From an uncultured bacterium (GTDB lineage: Bacteria > Fidelibacterota > Marinisomatia > Marinisomatales > AB-629-J13): 52,056 nt of DNA. The position numbers and the translations under genes are program-made. This document shows, piece by piece, positions 38,631-49,333 of this stretch (positions are counted from its first letter, which is position 1; each line of letters begins with the position of its first letter). A model generated the notes under the pieces. That model did no database searches. It was not told the DNA's origin and saw nothing but the letters and a program-made list of their open reading frames with translations. The stretch covers positions 1 to 52,056 of the forward strand of contig CAZFKU010000004.1 of the NCBI GenBank assembly GCA_964518835.1. The letters are read 5' to 3'.

Positions 38631-39733
38631 TGCTTTACCATTTTCTATATCCATTAAAATCACATTGGTCCGCTTTAAACCTGTTTCAATACATCACTTT
38701 CCGGTCTGCTCTGGCAGCGATCATTGCATTACTTATAAGTTTCATTTTTGGTCCGAAGGTCATTCACATGCTCAAATTTCACCACATTGGTGAAAAAATA
38801 CGATCTACCGGACCACAAACGCACATACAAAAGCAAGGAACACCCACAATGGGAGGAGTACTCATATTAATTGCAGTACTCCTCCCTACCCTCCTTTTAG
38901 CCAACCTGACAAGCCCCTTCATTCAAATCATTATATTTTCTGCAACATGGATGGGAATAATTGGTTTTTTGGATGATTATTTGAAAGTGGTAAAGAAATA
39001 TGAAAAGGGACTTATTGCCAGATATAAATTATTTGGACAAATCACACTCAGTCTTGGTATCAGTGTGTGGATTTATAATCAAGTGAATTGGGATGGTATC
39101 CATTCGGTTACTTCCGTTCCCTTTCTGAAAAATTATAATTTAGATTTCGGGGTATTTTATCCCCTGATTGTTTTGCTTGTGATTACAGGGACTTCAAACG
39201 CCGTAAACCTGACTGATGGTCTGGATGGACTTGCTACCGGGTTACTTGCAATTGCTTTTACAGTTTTTGGTGCGATTGCCTATATTTCCGGAAGGGTTGA
39301 TTTTTCAAGTTACTTAAATATTTTATATCTTCCGGGAGCAGGCGAATTGACCATATTTACTTCCGCCATGGCAGGAGCATGTCTTGGGTTTCTTTGGTTC
39401 AATTCAGCGCCGGCACAGGTTTTTATGGGAGATGTAGGTTCTCTTTCTGCTGGAGCCGCCTTAGGAACCATGGCTGTACTGTTAAAAAAGGAATTGCTGT
39501 TGGTAATCATCGGCGGAGTGTTTGTTTGGGAAGCGTGTTCTGTCCTCCTTCAAATTGGATATTTCAGATGGACTAAAAAGAAACAAGGCGAAGGGAAAAG
39601 GCTTTTTAACATGGCGCCGGTTCATCACCACTTTGAATTAGCAGGATGGCCTGAAACAAAAGTAGTTGTGCGCTTCTGGATCATCGGGATTCTTTTGGCA
39701 TTATTCTCTCTCACGACATTTAAGATCCGATGA
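38630..39733 (+). CDS. mraY: Phospho-MurNAc-pentapeptide transferase
   Basis: GTPTMGG, GFLDDY, SNAVNLTDGLDGL, FMGD.GS, MAP.HHHFE. Confidence 0.97.
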   Translation: MLYHFLYPLKSHWSALNLFQYITFRSALAAIIALLISFIFGPKVIHMLKFHHIGEKIRSTGPQTHIQKQGTPTMGGVLILIAVLLPTLLLANLTSPFIQIIIFSATWMGIIGFLDDYLKVVKKYEKGLIARYKLFGQITLSLGISVWIYNQVNWDGIHSVTSVPFLKNYNLDFGVFYPLIVLLVITGTSNAVNLTDGLDGLATGLLAIAFTVFGAIAYISGRVDFSSYLNILYLPGAGELTIFTSAMAGACLGFLWFNSAPAQVFMGDVGSLSAGAALGTMAVLLKKELLLVIIGGVFVWEACSVLLQIGYFRWTKKKQGEGKRLFNMAPVHHHFELAGWPETKVVVRFWIIGILLALFSLTTFKIR

Positions 39734-41103
39734 TGGATATATCTCAATCTATCCCAAAAACCCTGAAAAATAAACGTGTAACCGTATTGGGAATGGGAAT
39801 CAGCGGGATGGGTGCAGCAAATTTACTTCATCATTTGGGTGCAGAAGTATTTATGAGTGATATCAGGAAATTTTCAAGCACTCATGAACATCCGGTTCAA
39901 TTGAATAAATTAAATATCCCGTTTGAAACAGAAGTACACAGTGAGAGGGTTTTTGACAGTGATATGATCGTGGTTTCTCCAGGAATTGGGAAAGAGACAG
40001 AAGTAATGCAGAAGTCACTGAAAAAGGACATTCCCATTATTGGAGAAATGGAACTGGGAAGCTGGTTTACAGATGCTCCCATCCTTGCTATTACCGGATC
40101 AAATGGAAAAACAACCACATCAAAATTGTTAGAATCAATCTGTCAAACTGGAACCGTTCATGGACTTTTAGCAGGAAATGTAGGAATATCCTTTACCCAA
40201 AAAGTTCTGGAGGATTTAATTCAATCTGATGAAAAACGAGTTTTCATTCTTGAAATATCCAGTTTTCAAACGGAGTTTTTCGTTCATTTTTCTCCCTTTA
40301 TCAGTATTTTCCTTAATATATCTCCGGATCATTTGAATCGTCATGGAACAATTGAAAATTATCTGAATGCTAAAATCAGGTTATCAACAAATCAGGATAA
40401 AAATTCGTATGTGGTGTATAATGAAGATGATCCCATGATAAAAACCTCATTTGAAAATTCACATTTACATCAAATCCCGTTCAGTCTTGATCCCGACCAA
40501 TCCTTTCGATATGGACTAAATGAGACCAGAATCATTAAAAAGAACCATAAAAATTTCCTTCCTCTCGATGAAATTGCATTGATAGGTAAACATAATTATT
40601 CTAACATTATTGCTGCAGCAACAGCGGCACACCTATTGGGAATCAAAGAAACCAAAATTGCGGAATCAATTCGAAATTTTCAACCGATCCCGCACAGAAT
40701 GGAGCATTTCCATACTCGAAAGGGTATTAAATACATTAACGACTCCAAAGCGACCAACATTGATGCCGTAAAATGTGCACTGGAGAGTTTTCATAAACCG
40801 GTAATTCTTATTCTTGGAGGATTGTATAAGGGTGGAAATTTTGAAGATCTCCTTCCACATACAGGAAACGTATCCGCTGTTATTGCATTTGGCAAAGCTC
40901 AGGAAATCATAACCACCGCATTGAGGGATGCGGTAAGACTGTACAATTCTGACAGTCTTAAAAAAGCGGTGGTCCTGAGCTGGTCAATTGCTAATCCGGG
41001 GGATATCATTTTATTGTCCCCCGGTTGTGCAAGTTTTGATGAATTTAAAAATTTCGAAGAAAGAGGAGAATGTTTTAAAAATTGGGTTTTAGAACAAGAT
41101 TAA
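39730..41103 (+). CDS. murD: UDP-MurNAc-L-Ala--D-Glu ligase
   Basis: G.G.SG, SPGI, ITGSNGKTTT, EISSFQ, PDHL.RH, NDSKATN, LSPGCASFD.F.NFEERG. Confidence 0.97.
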   Translation: MMDISQSIPKTLKNKRVTVLGMGISGMGAANLLHHLGAEVFMSDIRKFSSTHEHPVQLNKLNIPFETEVHSERVFDSDMIVVSPGIGKETEVMQKSLKKDIPIIGEMELGSWFTDAPILAITGSNGKTTTSKLLESICQTGTVHGLLAGNVGISFTQKVLEDLIQSDEKRVFILEISSFQTEFFVHFSPFISIFLNISPDHLNRHGTIENYLNAKIRLSTNQDKNSYVVYNEDDPMIKTSFENSHLHQIPFSLDPDQSFRYGLNETRIIKKNHKNFLPLDEIALIGKHNYSNIIAAATAAHLLGIKETKIAESIRNFQPIPHRMEHFHTRKGIKYINDSKATNIDAVKCALESFHKPVILILGGLYKGGNFEDLLPHTGNVSAVIAFGKAQEIITTALRDAVRLYNSDSLKKAVVLSWSIANPGDIILLSPGCASFDEFKNFEERGECFKNWVLEQD

Positions 41104-41107
41104 TACG

Positions 41108-42253
41108 ATGAGCCATTTAAATCTTTTTAAACGAAATATTGATCATATCCTTCTTGGACAGATCTTGCTCATAACTGCATTTGGAATGATTATGCTTTAC
41201 AGCGCCAGTTCTGCCCAGTCCATTCATCTAACCGGCGGTAAAACAAACTCGCTGTATTTGACCGCTCATTTAAAAAGATTACTGATTGCATTGTCTGCAA
41301 TGACCGCTTTTATTTTTTTTGATTATCGAAAGTTAAAACAGTGGGCTCCCCTGTTGATTGGTATTTCATTTGGAATACTTTCTCTTGGATTAATCCTAAA
41401 GGTTTTTTCCGGTAGTTCATATCCTGCACGATGGATTCATTTTGGTTCAATCACATTTCAAACATCCGATTTTGCACGATTATCAATTATCATTTATCTG
41501 GCGACTTATCTGGATACAAATTATCGGAAAATTACTGATTTTACAAACGGTCTTCTCCCACCAATCCTGATTTTAACTGGTGTCTGCGGATTGATCGTAC
41601 TTCAGCCTGATTTCAGCACCGCTATGGTGATTGCTTTAATTGGATTTGTGATATTGTTCATTGGCGGTGCAAAAGTATCTCAGTTGGCAGCATGCGGATC
41701 AGTTGGAATCGCTATTTCTATTCCTGTACTACTGTTGAAATCATATCGGTTAGATCGGATCTTAGCATGGTTTAATCATGAAGGTTCTAATAATTACCAG
41801 GCATCACAATCGCTCATAAGTCTTGGAAACGGAGGATTGTTTGGATTGGGATTGGGACAGAGCCTGCAAAAAAACCAATTTCTTCCGACTCCTCATACTG
41901 ACTTTATTTTTGCAATAATTGGTGAAGAAACGGGCTTTCTGGGAGGAATGTTTTTATTATTTCTGTTCATCCTTATTTACCGAAGAGGGATCAGAATAGC
42001 CAGAGAATGTACTGATCCATTCGGAATTTTCCTGGCAGTGGGAATTGGCTTCAATCTGATTTGTTATACCTTCATCAATGTTGCTGTTGTAACAGGAATA
42101 TTACCGGTGACAGGATTACAAATCCCCATGGTGAGTTATGGAGGTTCCGGTTTGGTTATAACATTAATCGGAGTAGGAATTTTGTTGAATATCAGTCAGA
42201 GAAAAAGATCATTGAATTTGCCTGATATTCAAAGCAGGAGAATGTATGGATGA
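41108..42253 (+). CDS. ftsW: SEDS peptidoglycan polymerase FtsW
   Basis: M.YSAS, RWI, QPDF.T, YQ..QS...G.GG..G.G.G.S.QK..LP..HTDFIF.IIGEE.G, P.VSYGGS. Confidence 0.95.
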   Translation: MSHLNLFKRNIDHILLGQILLITAFGMIMLYSASSAQSIHLTGGKTNSLYLTAHLKRLLIALSAMTAFIFFDYRKLKQWAPLLIGISFGILSLGLILKVFSGSSYPARWIHFGSITFQTSDFARLSIIIYLATYLDTNYRKITDFTNGLLPPILILTGVCGLIVLQPDFSTAMVIALIGFVILFIGGAKVSQLAACGSVGIAISIPVLLLKSYRLDRILAWFNHEGSNNYQASQSLISLGNGGLFGLGLGQSLQKNQFLPTPHTDFIFAIIGEETGFLGGMFLLFLFILIYRRGIRIARECTDPFGIFLAVGIGFNLICYTFINVAVVTGILPVTGLQIPMVSYGGSGLVITLIGVGILLNISQRKRSLNLPDIQSRRMYG

Positions 42254-43343
42254 AATTAGAATTCTTATTGCAGGCGGCGGAACCGGCGGACACCTTTTCC
42301 CGGCAATCGCTATCGGGGAAAAAATTCAATCTATTCATAAAAACCCCGTTATTCATTACATGGGATCTACATTTGGAATTGAGTCAAAAGTTTTACCTGT
42401 GAAAGGACTTCCTCATACGTTACTGCCAATAAAAGGATTGCAAAGAAGTTTTGCTTTTCATTCTATCATAAAAAATCTAAGTCTTCCCTATTTTTATTTT
42501 AAATCTACTTCCATGGCAGGGCATATATTTGATGCGTTTAAGCCGCAGGTTGTTGTGGGAACAGGTGGATATGCCAGCGCAATTCCTGTGAAAATGTCAC
42601 TGAGGAACGATATTCCTGTGGTTTTGCAGGAACAAAATTCCTATCCCGGACTCACGACCCGTATGTATGCTTCCCAATCGAAAGTTGTTTGCACTGCTTT
42701 TTTGGAAGCCCATGACTATCTTAATGCTGAATGCTTTCTTAGCGGAAACCCAATTCGCAAAGATATACTGCAGGGAAGTAAGAATGAAGGGGAAAGAAAA
42801 TTTCATTTAAATCCTACAAAAAAGACTCTTTTTCTGATGGGCGGCAGTCAAGGATCTCTATTTCTTAACCAATTAATGGAAAAATCCGTTAAACGGTTAC
42901 AAAAAAATAATATCCAGGTTTTGTGGCAAACGGGAGATTTGCATTACCACAATTATAAACATCTTGATTCAGAAACTATTCGTGTCACACCTTTCATTGA
43001 TGCTATGGCAGATGCCTATGCACTTTGTGATCTGATCATTTCACGGTCAGGTGCGTTGGCAGTTTCCGAAATTATGGCAGTGGGAAAAGCAAGTATTTTA
43101 ATCCCTTTTTCCGATGCTGCAGAAAACCACCAATTCAAGAATGCTAAAGCATTATCTGATCAAAAAGCAGCAGTCTTGATGAGTGAAAAGAATCTGGACT
43201 CAAAGAATTTTTTGAAAACAGTCATTAAATTAGTATATGACAATTCGAAATTAACTGAAATGGGCAGCAGGGCAAAATCCATGAGCAAACCAAATGCAAC
43301 AAAATTGATTGCCAATAAAATCATCGAATTGGCAACTGCCTGA
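42246..43343 (+). CDS. murG: Lipid II GlcNAc transferase
   Basis: GGGTGGH.FP, GTGGY.S, EQNS.PG, GNP.R, GGSQG, RSGA, HQ..NA. Confidence 0.97.
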   Translation: MDEIRILIAGGGTGGHLFPAIAIGEKIQSIHKNPVIHYMGSTFGIESKVLPVKGLPHTLLPIKGLQRSFAFHSIIKNLSLPYFYFKSTSMAGHIFDAFKPQVVVGTGGYASAIPVKMSLRNDIPVVLQEQNSYPGLTTRMYASQSKVVCTAFLEAHDYLNAECFLSGNPIRKDILQGSKNEGERKFHLNPTKKTLFLMGGSQGSLFLNQLMEKSVKRLQKNNIQVLWQTGDLHYHNYKHLDSETIRVTPFIDAMADAYALCDLIISRSGALAVSEIMAVGKASILIPFSDAAENHQFKNAKALSDQKAAVLMSEKNLDSKNFLKTVIKLVYDNSKLTEMGSRAKSMSKPNATKLIANKIIELATA

Positions 43344-44728
43344 TGTTCCGCAAAGTTAACCATGTTCATTTTGTAGGAATTGGAGGTATTGGAATGAGCG
43401 GAATTGCTGAATTACTGTTAAATTTAGGTTTTAAAGTGAGCGGTTCTGACTTGCATGATTCACCCATCATCAGTTCCCTCATGGAAAAAGGTGCAGAGGT
43501 GTATTTCGGGCATGACAAAACCAATTTGAATCATAGTGATGTATTGGTGTATTCAAGTGCTGTTCATGAGGATAATCCGGAAATTTCTGCGGCACAGGAA
43601 AATGGGATTCCTGTTATCAAACGTGCCGAAATGCTGGGTGAATTAATCGCAGTCAAACCGACCAGCATTGCCATTGGTGGAACACACGGAAAAACCTCCA
43701 CTACATCTATGATCGGGGCCGTATTGACTGAAGCGCAAATGGAACCCACTTTAGTGGTGGGAGGACATGTGAAGAATATAGAATCTGGCTCAATGCTGGG
43801 AAGTGGAGAGATCATCGTAGTGGAAGCGGACGAATTTGACCGTAGTTTTCTCGCATTACGCCCCACCATCAGTATTGTAACGAACATTGAGTTGGAACAT
43901 ACAGACTGTTACCAAAACCTTACAGAATTACAAGATGCATTCCTTACGTTTTGCAATTCGGTGCCGTTTTACGGAGCAGTCGTTGTGTGCGCTGATTCTC
44001 CGGCGTTGGTAGAAATCCTCCCTGATATTCGCAGGTCAACCTTAACCTATGGATTGTCCTCCTCCTCACAAATTTCGGCACAAAATATCAGTCACACAGG
44101 AAGTGAGAGTACATTTCAGGTAACCCGTGATGAAAATTCTTTAGGGGAAATTTCAATAGATGTTCCCGGCAAACATAATGTCACTAATTCTCTGGCAGCA
44201 GTTACTCTGGGATTGGAATTGGGTATTCCTTTTTCAGCTATTTCACGGGGGATACAATCTTATTCAGGAGTGAAAAGGAGATTTGAAATTAAAGGGGTAT
44301 GTCATGATGTGATGGTTGTGGATGATTATGCTCATCATCCTACCGAAGTTAGAGCGACGTTGGATGCTGCCAAAGATGGTTGGAACCGAAGAATTATTGC
44401 TGTGTTTCAACCCCATTTGTTTTCACGAACACGGGATTTTTATCAGGATTTTGCTGACTCATTTTCACAAGCGGATATTCTCATCGTAACCGATATTTTT
44501 CCATCGAGAGAGGAACCAATTGAAGGAGTATCCGGTGAATTGGTTGTTCAAGCAGCGAAAGAAAAAAACCATCCCCAAACACTCTATGTGAAAGATTTGA
44601 ATCAACTACAAATCACACTGGATGATTTTGTAAAATCAGGAGACATGGTCATTACAATAGGCGCAGGAAATATCTGGAGGTTCTGCCAGGAATATTTCGA
44701 TCATTTAACTGCTAAATCAACTCTCTAA
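43343..44728 (+). CDS. murC: UDP-MurNAc--L-Ala ligase
   Basis: HFVGIGGIGMSG.A, GTHGKTSTT, EADEFD.SF, DDYAHHPTE, FQPH.FSRT. Confidence 0.97.
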   Translation: MFRKVNHVHFVGIGGIGMSGIAELLLNLGFKVSGSDLHDSPIISSLMEKGAEVYFGHDKTNLNHSDVLVYSSAVHEDNPEISAAQENGIPVIKRAEMLGELIAVKPTSIAIGGTHGKTSTTSMIGAVLTEAQMEPTLVVGGHVKNIESGSMLGSGEIIVVEADEFDRSFLALRPTISIVTNIELEHTDCYQNLTELQDAFLTFCNSVPFYGAVVVCADSPALVEILPDIRRSTLTYGLSSSSQISAQNISHTGSESTFQVTRDENSLGEISIDVPGKHNVTNSLAAVTLGLELGIPFSAISRGIQSYSGVKRRFEIKGVCHDVMVVDDYAHHPTEVRATLDAAKDGWNRRIIAVFQPHLFSRTRDFYQDFADSFSQADILIVTDIFPSREEPIEGVSGELVVQAAKEKNHPQTLYVKDLNQLQITLDDFVKSGDMVITIGAGNIWRFCQEYFDHLTAKSTL

Positions 44729-45648
44729 TGGAGTATGAAAAGGAAATAACATCTATGATCAACGGAACCTGTCTCATCAACGAACCCATGTCAAAGCACA
44801 CAACCTTTGGAATTGGCGGTCCTGCTTCATTTTACATCAAACCTCAAAATAAGGAAGATTTGAAAAATATTTTATTATTTGCAAACGGCAAATCAATTCC
44901 GATTTATTTTGTCGGAACGGGTTCTAATCTTCTTGTATCAGACTTGGGAATAAAAGGGATTGTTATTTCACTGGATAAAAAATTAAAAAATATCACATTT
45001 TTGTCTGAAACAACGATTTATGCAGAAGGCGGCGCTATGTTGGGAAAACTGGTGAAATTGTGCATCAGTCATAATCTTACAGGATTAGAAAGTTTGATCG
45101 GAGTACCGGGAACATTGGGTGGAGCGCTGGTGATGAATGCCGGAGCATTTGGTGGAGAAATTTCAAGATGTCTTCAGTCGGTTGATGTCCTCAAAACGGA
45201 CGGTTCTGAACATCAATATTCCTCAAAGGATATTGATTTTCAATATCGATCATCCAGTTTCTCAAAGGATGAGATAATTATCGGTGCTTTATTCCAATTA
45301 AAAATAGATGATCCGAATCAAATTCAAGAAAGACGACAAAAGGCAAGTCTGGGAAGAAAAACAACCCAACCGTTGCGTATTCGCTCTGCAGGAAGTGTAT
45401 TTAAAAATCCCGAAAACTACGCAGCAGGTTACCTTATTGATAAAGCCGGATTGAAAGGAACAGTCAAAGGTAGTGCAGAAATTTCATCAAAACATGCAAA
45501 TTTCTTTGTGAATAACGGAAATGCTACCAGTGATGATTTAGTATCTCTTATTTGCCTTGCCCGAAAAAAAGTATTGGAAAAATTTGACATAAAACTGGAC
45601 CTGGAAATTAAAACTTTGGGATTCCCGGAAGGGACATTTGAAGCCTGA
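44728..45648 (+). CDS. murB: UDP-GlcNAc-enolpyruvate reductase
   Basis: HTTF.IGGPA, G.GSNLL, PGT.GGA..MNAGA, SAGSVFKNP, KHANF. Confidence 0.96.
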   Translation: MEYEKEITSMINGTCLINEPMSKHTTFGIGGPASFYIKPQNKEDLKNILLFANGKSIPIYFVGTGSNLLVSDLGIKGIVISLDKKLKNITFLSETTIYAEGGAMLGKLVKLCISHNLTGLESLIGVPGTLGGALVMNAGAFGGEISRCLQSVDVLKTDGSEHQYSSKDIDFQYRSSSFSKDEIIIGALFQLKIDDPNQIQERRQKASLGRKTTQPLRIRSAGSVFKNPENYAAGYLIDKAGLKGTVKGSAEISSKHANFFVNNGNATSDDLVSLICLARKKVLEKFDIKLDLEIKTLGFPEGTFEA

Positions 45649-45650
45649 AA

Positions 45651-46406
45651 ATGAAAAAATATAATTTCCCATTATTTTTTATTGTCCCCCTTGCCAGCGG
45701 ATTGTTCATCCTGTTGATATGGAGTTCCTTTAAATGGGCATCATTTTCCAAAAACATAAATATTTCCAGCATAAAAATTACAGGGAATGAACTCATTCCG
45801 GTTGAAGAATATCGCAATTTAATTGAATCTATTAATGGTGCATCCACTTTCTCTGTTGACTTGAGAAATATATCGTCAAAACTGGAAAAACACTCTCATG
45901 TAAGTTCAGCAAGAGTGAGTCGGTTATTTCCAAATGGATTATTAATAGAAATAACCGAACGGCAACCCATTGCAATGGTAAACGCATCTCCCCCAATGCT
46001 TTTGGACAGACATGGATTTTTATTTCCATTAAAAGGTTCACTCAGTGATTATTCAATTCCCGTACTGTCCCATTTTGTAGCAACGGATAATTCCTACCAT
46101 ACCATAAATAAAAGCCAATCGAAATCCATTGCGGCAGCAAAACAAATCCTTCACTTTTTAGCTGATGAACATCCCCATTTATTCCAGAACATTTCCGAAT
46201 TACGATTGAACAATCAGGAAGATTTTGAAATCATTTTACTGGAACAGCCAACCAAGGTTGTATTAGGAAAAAACCACCTAATCAAAAAATTAAATGTATT
46301 ATTGAATTTTAACAATCAACTTCAATTCCTCCAAAAAAATATTACCGATTACAAGAACCTTGATCTCCGTTATGATCGGCAGATTATCGCCCGGGAATGG
46401 ACATGA
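45651..46406 (+). CDS. ftsQ: Cell division protein FtsQ/DivIB
   Basis: N-terminal TM, POTRA (I.I.GN...V..A.V.R.FP..L.I.I.ER.P.A), C-terminal DLRY..QI. Confidence 0.88.
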   Translation: MKKYNFPLFFIVPLASGLFILLIWSSFKWASFSKNINISSIKITGNELIPVEEYRNLIESINGASTFSVDLRNISSKLEKHSHVSSARVSRLFPNGLLIEITERQPIAMVNASPPMLLDRHGFLFPLKGSLSDYSIPVLSHFVATDNSYHTINKSQSKSIAAAKQILHFLADEHPHLFQNISELRLNNQEDFEIILLEQPTKVVLGKNHLIKKLNVLLNFNNQLQFLQKNITDYKNLDLRYDRQIIAREWT

Positions 46407-47692
46407 TTAAGAAAAGAACACTCATCCAAAATCAGACAACTCTGGCAGGGATAGACATCGGGTCAGCTAAATGCTGCTGCTCCATCGGTAAAATCAATCA
46501 TGATACTGGTAAAATTAACTTGCTGGGAATTGGTGAAAGTCCCTCAACAGGGATGAAAAAAGGATCCATTGTGGATCGTGACAAAGTGATTGAAAAAATA
46601 GAATCTTCTGTCCGGGATGCTGAGTCAATGGCACAAGTAAAAATAGACAGAGCAAATGTTACCATTTCCGGAAATCATATCCGAGGGTTGAATACTCAGG
46701 GTGCCATTGCCATACAAACAAACGGTAATGGTCACATTCCGAATGCCCAGGCAATCCAGCCTAAGGATATTCGTAAAGTGCTGGATATGGCAAGGGCAAT
46801 TTCATTTCCGATTGACAGAAACATCCTGCATGTGATTCCGCAGGAATATATCATTGATACAATGGATGGTGTCATCAATCCGATTGGAATGACAGGACGA
46901 AGACTTGAAGCACGTGTCCATCTCATTACTGCAGCAATTTCTTCCCTGACTAATATAAAGGATTGTGTGGAGGAATCAGGAATTTCGGTTGATGAAATAA
47001 TCTATCAGGGATTGGCATCCGCATTAAGCGTCATTTCAAATGATGAAAAGGAAATGGGTGTAGCAGTGATTGATATTGGAGCGGATACATCAGATTTAGT
47101 TGTTTTTCATGAGGGCGGCGTAAGACACAGCGCTGTCATTCCAATTGGTGGGAATAGTATTACCCAGGATATAGCGATGATGCTGCAAATCAGTACTGCA
47201 GAAGCAGAAAAAATAAAAAATAAATACGGCTCTGCTATTGCATCCATGGCAAGTGCCGAACTTGAATTCGAACTCCCGTCAGAAAACGGACAGTTAAAAA
47301 GGTCTATTTCCGAGCATGAATTATCCCGTTATATCGAAGCCCGAGCGGGAGAAATTCTCCAGTATATTGCCAAGGAAATGTCCAGAGCCGACATTGACGG
47401 ACCCCTGACCTATGGAATTGTACTCACCGGAGGCGGTGCTCAATTAAACCATTTTGCAAAATTATCCGAAAATGAATTGAATATAAAGACAAGAATTGGA
47501 AATCCTGTTAATTGCGGGAATGTAATCAAACTGGGTTCGGAACCTAAATATGCGGCATCCCTGGGATTATTGAACTGGGAAGAATTTATTCACAATGAAC
47601 GAATATTATTGAACGGAAATTCCGGATCATTAGGTGGAAAAGTGAAAGGATGGATGGACGGAATTTCAAACTGGAGTAAAGGATTTTTCTAA
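46397..47692 (+). CDS. ftsA: Cell division protein FtsA
   Basis: GIDIGS.K, G.KKG.I.D, H.IPQEY, P.GM.G.RLE, DIG..T, AE..K..YG, G.VLTGG. Confidence 0.96.
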   Translation: MDMIKKRTLIQNQTTLAGIDIGSAKCCCSIGKINHDTGKINLLGIGESPSTGMKKGSIVDRDKVIEKIESSVRDAESMAQVKIDRANVTISGNHIRGLNTQGAIAIQTNGNGHIPNAQAIQPKDIRKVLDMARAISFPIDRNILHVIPQEYIIDTMDGVINPIGMTGRRLEARVHLITAAISSLTNIKDCVEESGISVDEIIYQGLASALSVISNDEKEMGVAVIDIGADTSDLVVFHEGGVRHSAVIPIGGNSITQDIAMMLQISTAEAEKIKNKYGSAIASMASAELEFELPSENGQLKRSISEHELSRYIEARAGEILQYIAKEMSRADIDGPLTYGIVLTGGGAQLNHFAKLSENELNIKTRIGNPVNCGNVIKLGSEPKYAASLGLLNWEEFIHNERILLNGNSGSLGGKVKGWMDGISNWSKGFF

Positions 47693-47742
47693 TAAGAATT
47701 AAACAATGACAATTTTCAAAACATACCAACAAGGAGAAAATA

Positions 47743-48978
47743 ATGCTATTTGAATTTGACCCCAAAATGGAACAAAAAGCGAAACTAAAAGTCCTCGGTG
47801 TCGGTGGAGCAGGCGGGAATGCAATCAACCGGATGATCAAGGCAAATATGACCGGTGTAGATTTCATCGCCATAAATACAGATGCCCAGGATCTGGAAAA
47901 TAATTCGGCCGAACACCGAATTCAGATCGGTAAAACCCTGACCAAGGGTCTGGGTGCTGGAGCACGATCTTCCATCGGCCACGAAGCCATGACAACAGAC
48001 AGAGAAGCTGTGGAAAATCTTATCGATGGTGCGGATATGGTGTTCATCACCTGCGGGATGGGCGGAGGGACAGGAACCGGTGCGTCTCCGGTCATTGCCC
48101 AGATTGCTAATGAACTTGGAATTCTGACCGTTGGAATCGTTACCCTACCCTTCAAGTTTGAAGGACCCCGGAGGTTGGAACGGGCATTGGAAGGCATATC
48201 AGAGATGCGGAAAGTGTGTGATACTGTCATCATCATTCCTAATCAAAAATTAATGTCAATCGTTGATAAAAATACCACTCTACCGGATTCATTTTTATTG
48301 GCAGATTCCATCCTTCACCAGGCGGCTAAAGGTATTTCAGATCTCATCAATGTTCACGGAATGATAAACCTGGATTTCGCAGATGTGGAAACCATCATGA
48401 AAAACATGGGACAGGCAATTATGGGGACCGGCTGTGCTTCCGGAGAAGAACGGGCAGTATTGGCGGCTCAACAGGCAATTTCAAGTCCCCTGCTTGACAG
48501 TGCAACCATCAGCGGTGCCCAGGGTGTGCTGGTGAATATCACGGGCGGAGAAAATATGACCTTGCATGAGGTAGATGAAGCAACCAGCATCATTTTTGAG
48601 GAAGCAGGAAAAGATGCCAATATCATATTCGGTGCTGTCCTTGATCCCAATATGGATGATGATATACAAGTAACCGTAATTGCTACCGGTTTTAATCAAA
48701 TCAGTCAGGTTGACCACACAGAAGAAAAAACACCTGAACCGAATTACAGGAATACCCAATCCAGAATATTGATGGAAAATAAAAATGAAACCTTAATTCA
48801 GCAGAAATCAAATCCGGTGAATGGTGAGAAAGAAAGTGAACCGGTACCAAAACCTTTATATCGCTTTGACGGTATATCCAATAAAATAAATGACGAGGAA
48901 TTCAAACATATTGAGAAAATCCAAAAGGAAATCACCGATCTTGAAGTCCCTGCTTTTATCAGGAGGCAGCAACAATAG
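47743..48978 (+). CDS. ftsZ: Cell division protein FtsZ
   Basis: GVGGAG.NA, GGGTGTG, NLDFADV, C-terminal DLEVPAFIRR; AAGGAG RBS. Confidence 0.98.
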   Translation: MLFEFDPKMEQKAKLKVLGVGGAGGNAINRMIKANMTGVDFIAINTDAQDLENNSAEHRIQIGKTLTKGLGAGARSSIGHEAMTTDREAVENLIDGADMVFITCGMGGGTGTGASPVIAQIANELGILTVGIVTLPFKFEGPRRLERALEGISEMRKVCDTVIIIPNQKLMSIVDKNTTLPDSFLLADSILHQAAKGISDLINVHGMINLDFADVETIMKNMGQAIMGTGCASGEERAVLAAQQAISSPLLDSATISGAQGVLVNITGGENMTLHEVDEATSIIFEEAGKDANIIFGAVLDPNMDDDIQVTVIATGFNQISQVDHTEEKTPEPNYRNTQSRILMENKNETLIQQKSNPVNGEKESEPVPKPLYRFDGISNKINDEEFKHIEKIQKEITDLEVPAFIRRQQQ

Positions 48979-48981
48979 ATC

Positions 48982-49013
48982 AAAAAAAATCCGGATTATT
49001 TAAAAACCGGATT
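48982..49013 (-). terminator. Terminator hairpin between convergent ftsZ and rpmB
   Basis: AATCCGG-12 nt-CCGGATT stem; the A-run on the left gives a U-tract for the rpmB transcript. Confidence 0.6.
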
Positions 49014-49040
49014 ATTCAATATTTTTGTTTCAGGGAATGA

Positions 49041-49277
49041 TTAAATTTTCATTCCCTGATTTCTTAATTCATTTACTACTTTACGAATACCCTTTTTGTC
49101 AATGATTCGCATTCCCCGAGTAGAAACATTTAAGGTAATATAGCGCTTCTCATCAGGCAGCCAAAACCGTTTTTTTTGTAAATTGACGTTAAACCGTCGC
49201 CGTGTTTTGTTGTGAGCATGACTCACATTGTTCCCAAACATGGGTTTTTTACCGGTTACATCACACACTCTGCTCAT
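49041..49277 (-). CDS. rpmB: 50S ribosomal protein L28 (single Cys, non-zinc form)
   Basis: MSRVC.VTGK....GNNVSHA.NKT.RRF..NL..KRFW...VS..G.R.IDKKGI. Confidence 0.97.
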   Translation of the reverse strand: MSRVCDVTGKKPMFGNNVSHAHNKTRRRFNVNLQKKRFWLPDEKRYITLNVSTRGMRIIDKKGIRKVVNELRNQGMKI

Positions 49278-49333
49278 AATAAATTCCTGTTATATTGCAT
49301 AATTTTTGACGCCGAATTTAATCTAATAAACCT

